From Yuukianura sp. NJ FZ-2021 (lineage: Eukaryota): a DNA stretch of 64,000 nt. The notes beneath the pieces are model-generated. The model was not told the origin of the DNA. It searched no databases and saw nothing but the letters and a program-made list of their open reading frames with translations. Every line of letters starts with the position of its first letter. Within the stretch, counting starts at the first letter, position 1. The stretch covers positions 14,570,001 to 14,634,000 of the forward strand of contig CM102290.1 in the NCBI GenBank assembly GCA_046563655.1. Direction: 5' to 3'. Made by a program: the position numbers and the translations under genes. This document shows positions 26,558 to 49,028 of the stretch, in pieces.

Positions 26558-28157
26558 GTCCAGGCAGTTCTGGTCCAGTTGAAGTCAATTTGAGAAGAGA
26601 AGGTCCGAGTGGGTCCAAGATGAGGACAGTACTGGGACGAATCCCGACCAACTTCAGGCGTCTTATTGGCTTCAACCATGGGGGACCAAGTGGCCCAAAT
26701 CACATTAGAGACTTTGCTTAGCGCAACTTCTAAAACTAACTTAAAATAGTTAACATTTATAATTTTCCTCCTAATTTCTCTTTTAGTTGTTTAACTTAAC
26801 ATAACTGACTTAATTTTTTTTTATTATTATGACGCTTTAATAAAGTTTAATAATACTTTAATCCGTATTGGTTTAAATTAATATGTGGTTAATATTGATT
26901 TTTCAACTAGGCCACACAAAGATTTTGATAATATAAATAATAATAATAATTTTAATTTTTATAGCTGACTTTTAAAGCAATTTAATTGTTTTTTCAATAA
27001 GTTACAAACCTATTTAAAAAAAAAGTTGGTTTTTTGTCTACCGGGAATAGCAATGCTTGTCCCCCCATAGAAGTTGTTACGAGTTAGTGACGAAGGGGGA
27101 GAAGAAAATAGTTAAGCGTGATGCTCAGATGCTCTTATATAAATTAAATTAAGTGTTCAATTAACTAAACAATCGAAAGACTTGTTCAAAAAAACTGTTG
27201 AAACAGAACTTACATTACAACAAGGTTTCCTCTAAAGTCTTCCTCTAAAATTCTTCTCTTTTAAACATTTTTTAAACAGTTTAGTTTATAAAAATCCAGA
27301 GGCGGGATAACTCTGCACAAGGGGAGCAGTTTACTTAGTAAATTGTTTGCTGAATTAATTACTTCAAGTAATTCAAGTAATTAAAACTAAAAATTCAAGT
27401 AATTAAAACAAAAAATTGAAGTAATTACGATTTTAGTTATGAAAAAAGAGACGCCTGTTTTCATGACGATAAGAGTGTAACACCGTTTGGGAGGGAAATT
27501 CAAATTTGAAAGTTTGAGTTTTCCCCGCCCCTCCCCCTCGGCCGCCAAACAAGAGAGAAAGGAAAATCGGTTTCAGTTGTACTTTTACTTTCAGGTGAGA
27601 CGGATGTCTCTGTCTTATTCAGCTCCGCAATTAATTCAATTAACTCAACTTTAATTTGTCACTCCACCGAAGTACTAACCACAACAGCACTCAGTTGTCG
27701 ATTCAACTGAATACGTAAGTCATTCGTCCCTGTCATTCAATTTGGCCAAATTTAACGTCTACCCACACCCGCTCACTCTCTTCCTCTCTTCACTCATCAT
27801 AATAACGACCTTTCATTGTTCCTTTTACGTTTACATGGTCAACTATGGTCATGTCACAAGTGACATTGACTATCTAAAGTGGCCCAGTGATGGTCAGTCA
27901 ATGGAAAGTTGTTGTAACGTTTGTTAGTCTTTTGTGCCAGTGGGGTTGCTAGGGGTAACGGTCAAAAGTCAGTGACCTCAGGTTGTTTGCAATCGCAGCT
28001 GATCATAAACATTTTTTTTGTATCTGTGTATTTCAGCTTTGGATCTTGACTAATCAATAATCGTTTCTGGATCGTTTTCAGGTATCGTCTTTGAACTAAC
28101 GGTCATCCCTGGAAGAATCTCAACGTCAATTGCCTCCTGACCGCAGTAGAGTAATCA

Positions 28158-33645
<5,488 letters not shown>

Positions 33646-34779
33646 CAATCTCACGTCACCACTAAATCAAATTAATCTCAAGTTTTTTAAGCTTAACTAA
33701 CCTAAGTTACCGCTTCACTCTCTCCAAAATTTCTGAAAAGCGAGACAGGTAAAATTTAAATTTGAAGTAATCGATTACTTCACACGAGAGTAATCGATTG
33801 ACTTAACGAAGCAAGTAGATCAAAATTTTTAGTTAGGAGAAGCCAAATTGAGAGAGAAAAAAAAAGAAGAGAGTGAAATGGTTTCTTACACTTTAAATTA
33901 TAAATTTATAACAAAATAAATTAAAACGTAACAACTTTAACAAAGTTAGCGAAAACAACCCGTGTGCCAGTTTGCTACATTTTGAAAGTGGATTTTGGGT
34001 GTGTCCAAGGCTTTTGAAAAGTGTGAAAAAGTTTTAGTTGAGTCTTAACAACTTAATTGTTTGTGGCATTTAAATTTAAATTTAATTAATTTTAATACTT
34101 ACAATTTTAGTGTTTAAAATACTACCCTAAGTTTTTTTTTTTGTTATTAAACTTTTTCCGTTTTGTCATTTTTCACTTTTCTAAAAAACAAAAACTTATC
34201 TATCTACTTGTGTTTTGCTTTCGTTTTTTCTTAATTTACCACCTTTATGCTAATTAGTGAATGTGTTTTGCTTAAAATCGACTGAAGTTTGCTCTGAATT
34301 TGTTTTAATTTAAAAGAAAATCAGGCGTGAGACTGGAAATCTACTTAATTAATTAACAAAAGTAAACTGTTTTGTATATACATTGAAGAAAAGAAAGTTA
34401 ATAATAAACTATAGTTCTATCGATGGAATCTCTCTCAGCCAATCAGAACTCAGAGTCTGGGAGTTCTCAGCCAATCAGAGCTAAGAATCGTGGATTTAGT
34501 TAAGGCTAACTAAGATGTCAAAATTCACTTCTAAGTTAACTTAATTAACTAATTGTCATTACGTTAGGCTAAAGTTAATGCTAACAGCTAATTGTGTTGT
34601 TAGTAGTGCAAATGCTTGTTGAAAGGATTTCGGTGTCGTAATATCAAGATTGTTAGGCTTCGTTTTGTACGGTCCAATTATTGAGGGTTTCCACTTCAAG
34701 GCTCTGCATGTTCAACGGGAACCGTCACGTGATGGCAACGGAAACGCGTCGAAAACGTTTTATGCCGTACTTAAAACGT

Positions 34780-36349
34780 TTAGTTACGTTGCGAGAGCGT
34801 AATTTGATGAAACTTTTCTGGATACGGTAGGAGTCCGAGTCTGTCCAGAAATGCCTTCATTTCCTGCTTGTAGTCCTCGGGATGATGATGAAGATGGCTG
34901 ACATGAGGTGAACTGTCCCAGCACTTCAAGTAAACCTGCAAGAAGTGTTGAGTGAGGTCAGAGGTCAAAGGTCACCAGCAGTTAAGTTAATGTTTACCTC
35001 GATTCCAGCTGATTCCCAAGTGTCAATGGCCCTCTGAATTCCTTCCTTGTTGCCCACTGGATCGTCCAGAGAGCACAGAAAGAGAGCGGGAGCCTTCACA
35101 GGCCTGTTGTGGTAGCAGTAACTCGCTCGGTGGTAGTGTTTCGTAGCTACGTCGTGGAAGGCTGACAAGTGGTACCTGCAATATGTCACACAAACCTATG
35201 TTGATGTCATGTTAACATCTATGTTAATTATGTTTTATGTTTCGAAATACGTTTACATTATGTAATACTATGCATAAAATTCAAACTTACTTAACATAAC
35301 GTTCCAAACTGGCTCGAAGAACAGCGTTATTAGGAAACACTGCCAGAGGGAGACCGACAGGAATTCCCTGTGCAAAAAACAATTGAATTTGATTCGTTTT
35401 TCAAAAAAAAAATTGTTCAAAGAAGCACAGTATTTTTAGAATATTTTTGTTCAAAAACGTTTTTGTAAGAGTCTAAACGTTTTTGGTTAAACTTACGTCA
35501 AAATCCACTACAGAGTCCCAGATTTGTCCGACAATTCGGTCCGCAATTGGTTGATACTTCTTTGGATCCTGTTGCATAAGGGCTAAAACCTACACGGGAA
35601 GCGAGTTAGTGTAAAAACTAATGTATATAGACGTTTGTACGTTTGTCTAAGATTTTTTTTTTGGTGTAGTTAAGAAGTTAAGATTTTACCTCGCCGAAAA
35701 CGTAACCCCCGACGGAGAATCCGTGAAGAAGAGACGAGTGATACTGTGGGTTTCCGGCTAAGAATTTTAACAAATCCTGAGCAATAACCTGCGACACAAA
35801 AAGAGATTTAGAGTTAATTGATTAATCGATTAATCTTCAAAGACGTGCTTGAGTATTAAATTATTTTTTAGTCACCTGGGTCCCTGTCACTGGAAACAGG
35901 AGCTGCCAGGGAGTTGGCCGAATTGTGAGAACGTCGAAGCCTTGGTCGAGATAAAACTGAGCATACTTGAGAATGTGCTGCCGCTTCGACATGAGCCACG
36001 AGAGGATGATGGTCAGTGGTCGCTCTGTCTCCAGGTCACCCGAGGTCCACACTTGGAACGGCTCTTTTCCAGCGCTGAGTCGAGGAGCATTGCTGATTAG
36101 TTCGATTCCTTTGCTTACTGGATACGAACTTAAAAATCGTCTGCTGCCTTGACCCGACAATTCAGAACTTCCAGTGGTAGGAATGACTAGAACTGGTGTC
36201 AGTGCCTGTTTTCAAATCAATGAAATCAATCAGCTCAATTCAATTAATCAAATTGTACAGTTCACAATTACCCTTTGGAGTACACTTTGGTTCTGGAGGA
36301 ACTTTCCGCTTAGCCGTGGTAATACGGAACAGGCTCGTTCAAGGATCAT
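34780..36349 (-). CDS. TMEM53: TMEM53/DUF829-family alpha/beta-hydrolase-fold protein, about 7 exons
   Basis: RPLTIILSWLMSKRQHILKYAQFYLDQGFDVL, LLHGFSVGGY, GQIWDSVVD, PALFLCSLDDPV, WDSSPHVSHLHHHPEDY; GT-AG introns, with the first two exons checked in frame from ATG 36349. Confidence 0.8.
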
Positions 36350-38086
36350 GATTTACTGTCGTCGTGGTCACAAATTGAGCAGGTCAGATGTTTATAAGTT
36401 CCGAGATTAGTCTGTCCAATGTTAAGTTTACTACAAGAAAACAAAAGTAAAGGTTAACAAAATTAGTTTACGATTACTGGACACTTCATGTCCACACAGA
36501 ACAGAGATTATGTCCAGTCATGAATGTTCATCTGGGTATGTAAAAATGACGTTATCCAAAGGTCAACATCCAACTGAACCTTGAGATGAGACCTTTGGTC
36601 AGCTGATAACAGAATGAATCGGACAAAGTTGATCTCTAGGTGTTCCAATACAGCCGAAGTAATTAACTTACAATTAATTAAACTTCTGAATGTTAACAAT
36701 GACACCACCAAGTTGATTGTTAGCACAAAACTGACGGTTTGAGTAGTCTTATACCTTTATGAGTCTAGTAGTTCCCACGATGACTTTTCTCACGAACCTC
36801 CACGAGCTCCTTCGTGATCGTACGATTTAAGGGTGGTTTGAAAAGTTAAGTAACTTTTGCGCAATCAAGAATCCAAGCTAATTAAATTAGTTGCCGTTCC
36901 CATCCAAGTTTGATGAAATAGCCGGATATTGAAGCTGGCAACAAAAACAAAGGATTAGAGTGATAAGTCCTTATTTGGTTGACCTCTGTACTAAAACTAA
37001 AGCTAGTTGAAATTGTGACTGACCTTGGATGACCTCTGGCCCAAAGTGAACTAACCGGTTGCCTTCCTCCTGCCGTTTGTTCACGCCGTCGTCACGTTCT
37101 CAATCTCAACTGTCAAATAAAACATTTCCAAAAAAAATTTGTGTGAAAATTGTTTGTTTTTGAGCAAATCCAGAGATGGGAAACGCAATTTAGCATACTA
37201 TTTTAATAGTTAAATCTTTTCAGTAATTAGCATTTTGAGTAATTAATAATTACTAATTATAGCCCTGCATTTCATTTTTTAGTTTTGGCATCATGTGACG
37301 TCATGCTTTAAAAATCTCCAGAGTAGTCCGCCCTCATTTTTGTCTGACGACCTTGACCTTATGCCTAAAACAAAAAAAAAATTAAATAAAATTTTGACTT
37401 TCTAAAATTTTGAATTTTCAAAATTTGTTAAAGCAATTGAGGATGCAAGTGAAGACGAAGAGTAATTGACTTCCGGTGGATCCAATTCTCTACCACAGCA
37501 GCGGAAACACGCAAGAGTTGATCACTTTTTTTTGTCAAGTTCTATTTTCTCCTTTTTCCAAGATTCCGGATGTTTAAAAAAGTTTTTTTGAAAAACGTGT
37601 TTTAAAAAACTGTTTAATTTGGTACATTTTTGGATACAGATTTAGAACAGTAGAATTTGTAGTGGATAGATAGCATCATGATTGCTGTGACAGGCAGTGG
37701 GTGTCTTCATATCCTAAAGGACTGTTCTAAATTTTAGAACAGTTTTTTAAAACAAGAGTTTTTTGAAACATTCCTGCTCTAAACATTTTGGCAGGAGCGC
37801 TTGAAAAGTTTTGAACAAGGGGAAACAAGATTTAGTGTTTGTTTCGTTCTATCCTTCAATACGCTGGAACAGTTTGAGCTTTCGCTGCTCTCAGAACAGA
37901 AGCGATCAATAAACAGCGGAAGATTCTGTTTTTTAAAAAAACTGTTTGAACACAGAACAGCAGTTTGAACAAAAAGTTTTCTCGGCTGATTGTGACCCCG
38001 CGTGACCTCTGACTTGCCAACGCTCTCAGTTTTTTTAATTTGTAAATCTGGGAGTTTAAGTGTTTTCAAAATTTTTGATTATTTAG

Positions 38087-42139
<4,053 letters not shown>

Positions 42140-44569
42140 TTTCCAATCTCCTTTTTTTTTAAACTTCCAAATTCTTTGGAAACTTCCAAATTTTTCAAAA
42201 ATTTCAATACTCTGACATGCTCCTTTCAAAGTGGGTATGAAAACGAATGTTCCAAGGTTTTACAAAATACGAGATGCCAAATTAAACCAAATTTCCACAA
42301 CCATTACGAAAACTAATTTGAAAGAAAATTAAAAAATTTCTAAGTTCAGTTAAAAAATTTCGCATAATCAAAATTTTTTAGTGTTTCTAAAATAAGAAAT
42401 GTGTGTCAACTTCTGCGGTTACTAAACTTTTTGGTTTTGGTGGTGATGAGGACTGCAGAGACACAAAAAATCATTGGTCGTAACATTTCAAATATTCCCA
42501 CGGTGACTGCATAGCCTAGTTCTAACTTAATCTAACATTTTTACTAACCTAATCTTACCCTAACCTAATACACTTAACATAACAATTCAAAAGACTAACT
42601 TTAAAGTGATAAAAACCATCATCGGCAGCTTTTGCAAGAAAATTCTTCAAAATTCGTTGCTTTTTGATGTTTTTTGACCACTTTTATTTTGAAATAGATG
42701 AAAAAATAGAAAAAAGGAGGGAAATTTTGAAATCAGTGAAGCATCTATTATGTAAAATCTTTGTTGTTTTTTTCTTCATCTTCGTTTTTTAAGATTGAAG
42801 GATGGGTGGTTTTTTCGTGATGTTCTGCGAACCAAAACCGTGTCTCCTTCCGTTCTCTAAGGAGAACGCAAAAACGTTTTTTCAAATTATTTTAAAAACC
42901 GCGCCTAAAAAAGTGAGAGAAAAGTTTTCCAGAATCATAATTTCACTTTATCAGGTTTTAATCTACGCAGAAACAAAAATTTTACATACTTTTTGGTTCC
43001 TTTGTTTAGCAAAGTGCTAATATTTCTTAAAATTTGTCACCTGAAAAATTTTGAAAATTGTGACGTTTTGGCGGGAGAATTCAAAGTTTTTGTTGTTTCA
43101 GCATACCAATGGCCGACAAATGTCCCATGACCCTTTGAATTTTTGAACTTGTAAGTTTTTTGCGCCAAGATTCAAAAAAAAAGTTTACGACTTTGAAAAA
43201 TTTGACACCATTTTCTCACTGGTTCTCATCACCACGTTTTAAAAGATCAAATTTCCCTCCACTGCATTTTCAAAATCCTCGCCACCGTGAACGGAAAAAG
43301 TAGAAAAACAGCCAACTTGTTCAAACAGCACTTTTTCTAAACAAAAAATTCAAACAGGAACTTATAAACATTTTTTTTCCAAAAGGGAACCGTTTTTCCT
43401 CGTAGTGTCAAAAGGTCAGCAAGTGCTAATGCTTTTCCCAGATATTCCGTTTTTCATATGGAAAATTTCTAAAAACCGATTTTTTGTTAATTTTTAATTT
43501 TTTAGAAAATGAAACTCCTAACTAAAGTTTCACTGCATCTGCATCCTGACAAATTTAAAATTTTTGCATAAGGTCAAAGTGAAATCCAAATTTCAAGAAA
43601 CAAAACCAAAACGTGTTTGACCTTTCACCTTGGAAATCACATGACCTTTGACCTTTTGAAACCTTGTGCATTTTGGTAGTTGCAGTTAAGTTAATCATCA
43701 CTTTTGCTGCATGTGGTTTGCATTCCATGCGGTTGTAAAACACATGTTGAAAAGTTGTTCTCTTGTAAAGTTGCAGGGAATTTTTTTTAAACATTTTTTT
43801 TCAAAATGGAGGGAACTTTTGCTTTTTTTAAACATGGAGGGAGTATTTAGAAAAAAGTAAAAGAGGGGGAAATTTTGAAACTAAAAAAAGTGAAAAGACA
43901 CTTGCTGAAGCTGTTACTTTTTCTCATATTTTTTTTCATAGTGTGAGTAGAAAGAAAGCAGATGAGAGTTATAATTTTTTAGAGATGATGTAGTAATTTC
44001 CTCTCCTCCTTCATCACACTGTCTCAGTTTTCAGCAGAGGTCAAAGGTCAAAGAATTTTTTTCGAAGGTCAAGAATATACCCGCCATGGGTTACAATATT
44101 CAATTTTTCTAATTACTTCATGTTCATCAATTATTTTCGTACGCCCGGTACATTTCCCAAAAGTGGAAATTTGTTGCGCAACAGCGCAACTGAAACAAAA
44201 TTTGCACAACAGGAAATTTCCTCACCATTTTAACACTGTTCCTGTTTTTTTACCTAAAAAGTTAACCTAACGAAAGCTTCAATCAAGTGAAACATGGAAG
44301 AGGTGTTAGGTTAGCCTAAATCCTGAGACTAAGTTAGGTTATTGTTAGGCTAACAATTGTTCAGTGTAATTGGGAATTAGTGATGCATGGTATATTATAA
44401 GGAGGAGTTTGTTTTGGCTTCCACTAACTTTTTACAAGGAAGTTGAATGTGGAAATAGAGGAAGACAATTCAATTGCCCCCCACAGCAATACACCCCCCC
44501 TACCTAACAAGTGTTTCGGCACTTAAGATTAGGATGGACAGATTCGCTTCAACGCAATTTCCCATAAGA

Positions 44570-44887
44570 CTTCTGGTGCATCTCCTGTAAGATTGGTTAG
44601 GCGCTCAAAAAACTACGACCACACTTTTCGCATTAGCACACGATGATGATCAAAACATCGGACAACTAGGTGACGAAAACAGTGCCCTTCGTCCAGAAAA
44701 CTTAAGTTTTCCGGAAAATGTTTCTGAAATCCTCGGGAAAATCTAGAAAAACTATGTTTTCTGGGCGAAGGGTACTCTTTCCGTCACCTAGTTGTCCGAT
44801 GTTTTGCTGATCAGCGTGTGCTAATGCGAAAAGTGTGGTCGTAGTTTTTTGAGCGCCTAACCAATCATACAGGAAATGCACCAGAAG
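44570..44887. mobile_element. Long inverted repeat (foldback/MITE-like), ~131-bp arms
   Basis: 44570-44700 is the reverse complement of 44757-44887, with 9 substitutions and no indels by my count. The element type is inferred. Confidence 0.85.
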
Positions 44888-47800
44888 ATTGGGTCAGAGT
44901 TCACGAATTTCTTGTTTACAATTTACAATTTCGTATTACGTCACCAAGAGTTGGGGCAACCTGAGAGGTGAGGCTAAGAAATGGCTCATCCACTTCGTCT
45001 GGCAGTTTTAGAAAAAACGCAAACGTTTCTCAAATTTGAAATTTAACGCAGTGATTCGCGAGTTAGCGTGAGTTGTGCAAAATTTCAATCGTAAAGAATC
45101 CACCCGTTTGGGTTTTTCATGATTACGTAGTTCTAAATTCTCATTTCTCAGTCGTTGCCATGTCTACAAAACATTCTTTGGCGTTATTTTTATTGACCTC
45201 CTGTCTCTCCTTAACTTTATTACTAAACAGTTCTGGGTTAAACATGCAATAGGAAGAATAACCTGAATTAGGTCATTACTTCAACAAATAAGTTACATAC
45301 ACGCCCATTCCATACACAAAAGTTATAAAGTTACTTTTGTTGATGTTTTTAATACTAATTACTATTGATTTAAGAATAAGTAATCAGCAGTTTTTAACTT
45401 GTAAACAATCGGTAAAGCCTGGTGCAACCACACGTGAAACTGGAAACCCGTCAGGCGTGAAAGTCAGGCAAAATATGGAGTATGGGTACTTAAAAATGAG
45501 GCAAATAATGGTTTAGAAAAACCCTCCTCCCTCGACAGTTTTACAAGAACCCTCTTACGCCCAAACGTTTTTGGCATTAGACACAACGTTTTCATTGTGC
45601 GACTTATTACAAAAATTGTTAAGCACATAACAGAAAACGTTAGGGAGAAAAATCAGCGACATAATGGACGGTGTTTTCCTTTGTCTCTGGAAATGTGGAT
45701 TACATCAAGTCAAGGTCAACTGAAATATTATCAGTTAATCTGTTAGTCTATTTTGAACAACAACTTAATTTCACCTTGTGAAAAGGGAACGAAAAGTTCC
45801 GTTTTCCAAGACCAACTTTTAAATGTTTCAAACAGACGAAAACATTTTGAAAAGTTTTCCCATACTTGTTGTTCCCGTTTCAAAAAACTGGTATTTACCT
45901 TTACCGTGGTAAAGTTTTAAAGTGACGTCACTGCATACTTAGCGGAATGTTTTTTAATCATTAGTGTTTTACACCTTCGTTTCTTTTTGGATAAATAAAA
46001 ACTTTGAAAAAGTAAGAAGAAAAGAAAAGTTATGACGATGAAAAGCTGTCAAGTGCGAACCGGGCTTAAGAAAGACGCGGTGAAAAATTTCTCTTTGTTT
46101 TCAAAACGTTAAGAAAAGATGGAGAAAACGGAAGCGAACTCCTGGAAATCAACACATAATTAACATCGTCGTCAGCTGTTTGTTGGCAACTAATTACTCA
46201 GTTAACTACTCATCGACGACATAACTTCGACATCGAATAACATGCGACATGGAAGCCATCAAAGGTCAACTGTCCCACAGGTCAGCAACGGTAAGAAATC
46301 GATGTACCTCCTGGTCACTTTCGGTTTCATTGAAGTTCCAAGAAGAATTCTAAGAATTGTGATAAATCATGGAGGGATTGGAATCTTCTGTTCATAAGTT
46401 GTGACTAATTGAAGTAATTTCTTGTTCTGGTGACTAGCACTTACTAATCAAGAAGCCTCCGTTGGATATTCTGGTGGTGGTGGTCACACAATCCTATGGT
46501 GGAGGTAGGAAGCGGAACAATTGGGATGGGGCAGGGAAGTCTTGGAAGTGCTGAAGGCACAACTCCACGGTAGGGTAAGATTGTCTGTGTATTATGACTG
46601 TTATACTGCCAGCATAACTTGAAACGACTGCTCATGTCCACTTTAGGTACACTTGCTCCATAGACGAACGGAGAGTCTTACCTACAGGACGTACCCGGTA
46701 TCCACTTTTCAACAAACACTTTCCTCCAAGACCAGTTTCAGACGAGGCCAAGAACACACCGAGTGGAAGTATCCAGGAAGTTCTATCTTTGCAACAACCA
46801 AAACACATCCAAGTACAATCATCAGCATTCACAATCCGAACTCTGTCACTGACAAGTGACCAACGGACAATCAACTCATCATTCAGGACATTCAAAATCA
46901 AAGGAAAGTCTCAACTCTTGTCCGGTTCTGGACACTTTTAAGTGAGCGGTGCCCGAAACGTTGAAGGTGGAGGATAAGTAGGACACTGGACACATACCAT
47001 GTAAAGTCTCATTTACTGTCAACAACACAGACATGAATTAAGAACAAGTGAGGACCATATCCCTTCCGTGACTCCGAACCGCCTCAGCTCATCAACTGAC
47101 ATTTGAGTTTATCAATCAATCAATTCCACCGAGGAGGGGAAGAGTATTTGTGAGCGATAATCAAATCATTTCCTCTTCAATCAACCTTCATAACTTTAGT
47201 CGGATACTGAAAGAGTCGCCGTGTAGTCACTGTCACTCGCAAGGTCACCTTCAACTTCCATTCCTTCACTTGGCCTTCAACTATCATCGGACATTCGGTG
47301 GTGTCAACTCAGAATTCAAAATTTCAAAACAACTCAAAAATTCTGAAACTTGGACACCCATCATTTGTTTCAAAACTTTTAATTGTCCAGTTACACGAGA
47401 CGACACTTCGCCAGTTCCAGTCACTTTCGTCGATCATCAGCAAGGTAAGTACCAAGAATTAGTTTATTATTAAAGTAATCGATTAACGGAACAGGAAATG
47501 AGAGAAAGTGTTACAAAATTGCGGAAAAGCGAGACAATCAGCAATTGTGTTGCAATAAGTCAGTTCTAAAAAGCGGAAGTTGGCCATGTCCTGCTGTTGT
47601 CCAGTATTAGTTGACATATGGACGTGACAAGGTCACCGGATGACACATGAGAACATAATCTTTGAGATCATTTTTAGTCAGAAGTGCTAAAAAGTGGATT
47701 TACAATGGAACAAAGTGTTAATTAGTAATTGGAGATAATTGATTATTAATCAGTCAGGTCAGTGGTTGATACGCAGACTTAATCGTGATTATCTTCCTTT

Positions 47801-48859
47801 TTTAGTGCACAAATCTCTCATGATGTCAAGTTATTACAAAAAATACATTTTTTTAAAAGTACTTGAAAACGTTTTAAAAACGATTGTTAAAGTGCGTTTT
47901 TAATTTGTGAAAGACATGGTGGTAGGGTTTCAGGCTAAACAAAAACAAAACATGTTTAAAAATTATGTTTACAAACAGTTTTTTACGAGTTTCGAAGTTT
48001 CATAAAAATCAATACTTTGATGAACTGGTGCCCTACTTCCGCCTTTTAGTTTGCTTTATTTTGTCATTGCGTCAATTGTTTTACGAGTCACAAATTGAGT
48101 AATTAACACTTCATAAACAAAGGGACGAATGACTCAAACTAAATTTCATGACGGAATTTAATTAGGTCAGTTTTCAGATTTCCAAATTTTTAAAGTTTCC
48201 TTGTATGAAGAGTTAAAACGTGAAAATTTTCGGGAAAATGAACTTTTGGTTTTTGAAATTCTGAGAAATGACAGGAATTGTTTGATTCCTTTGAAAGACG
48301 GGAAGGATTAATTTTTTGATTTTCCAATTGACTGTTTTTGTGATGAAATTTTGGGATTGAGTAGGATTTTGAACTTGTGTTTTACATGATGAAATATTTT
48401 GGATTTGTGGTGACTTTTTGAAAAGTAATTTTTCTCATGGTAGGTTCAGAATTTTTTTGGAACTTGAAATGATTAGTTTCCTGTTGAGCATTTTTTGTGG
48501 AAGTTCCAAAACGGAAATTGCAACTTTCTTATTATTTTCTTAGTATTTTGGTATAGTTTTATGCGCGGAAAGTCCCTTGGGAGGATTTCAGAGTTGACGA
48601 AATGATTTGGCCAATCTGACATGCGGTACAAAAAGAATGAAAACCCATGTTTAAATTTAAGCACTAAAAACTGGAACTTGTTGACATCTCTTATACATAC
48701 CACATTCTGGGTTTGAAATACTAAATCCTTACAATTTTTTTGATGTACAGAGACTGCCATCAAAAAGTAAGCGAGTATGTTTACATGTTGTATCACATAC
48801 TATACTGGGCTATGTTAATTTTATCACATACTGGGCTATGTTTGGCTGTTAATTGTATC

Positions 48860-49028
48860 CAGTGTTGTCGGATGGATAAAATATTTTTCCAGCTACATGA
48901 AGTTAGGTGGAAGTATCTGGAAATGCCCATTTCTATCCAGTATCCAGCCATTTCTTTGTGGATAAAACTGGATAAAATATATTATCCAGTGGACGAAACG
49001 TCAGAAAAGTGGATATCCAGCCACACTT
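48860..49028. mobile_element. Small non-autonomous DNA transposon-like insertion rich in TATCCAG/TGGATA motifs
   Basis: Imperfect terminal inverted repeats (agtgttgtcggat / atccagccacact), flanked by direct repeat ttgtatc at 48853 and 49027. Confidence 0.55.

Noticed and set aside
46444..46641. Minus-strand 65-aa ORF ending at a GTAAGT donor
   Set aside because: No downstream minus-strand exon found before LARGE and no homology; cannot be supported as a gene.
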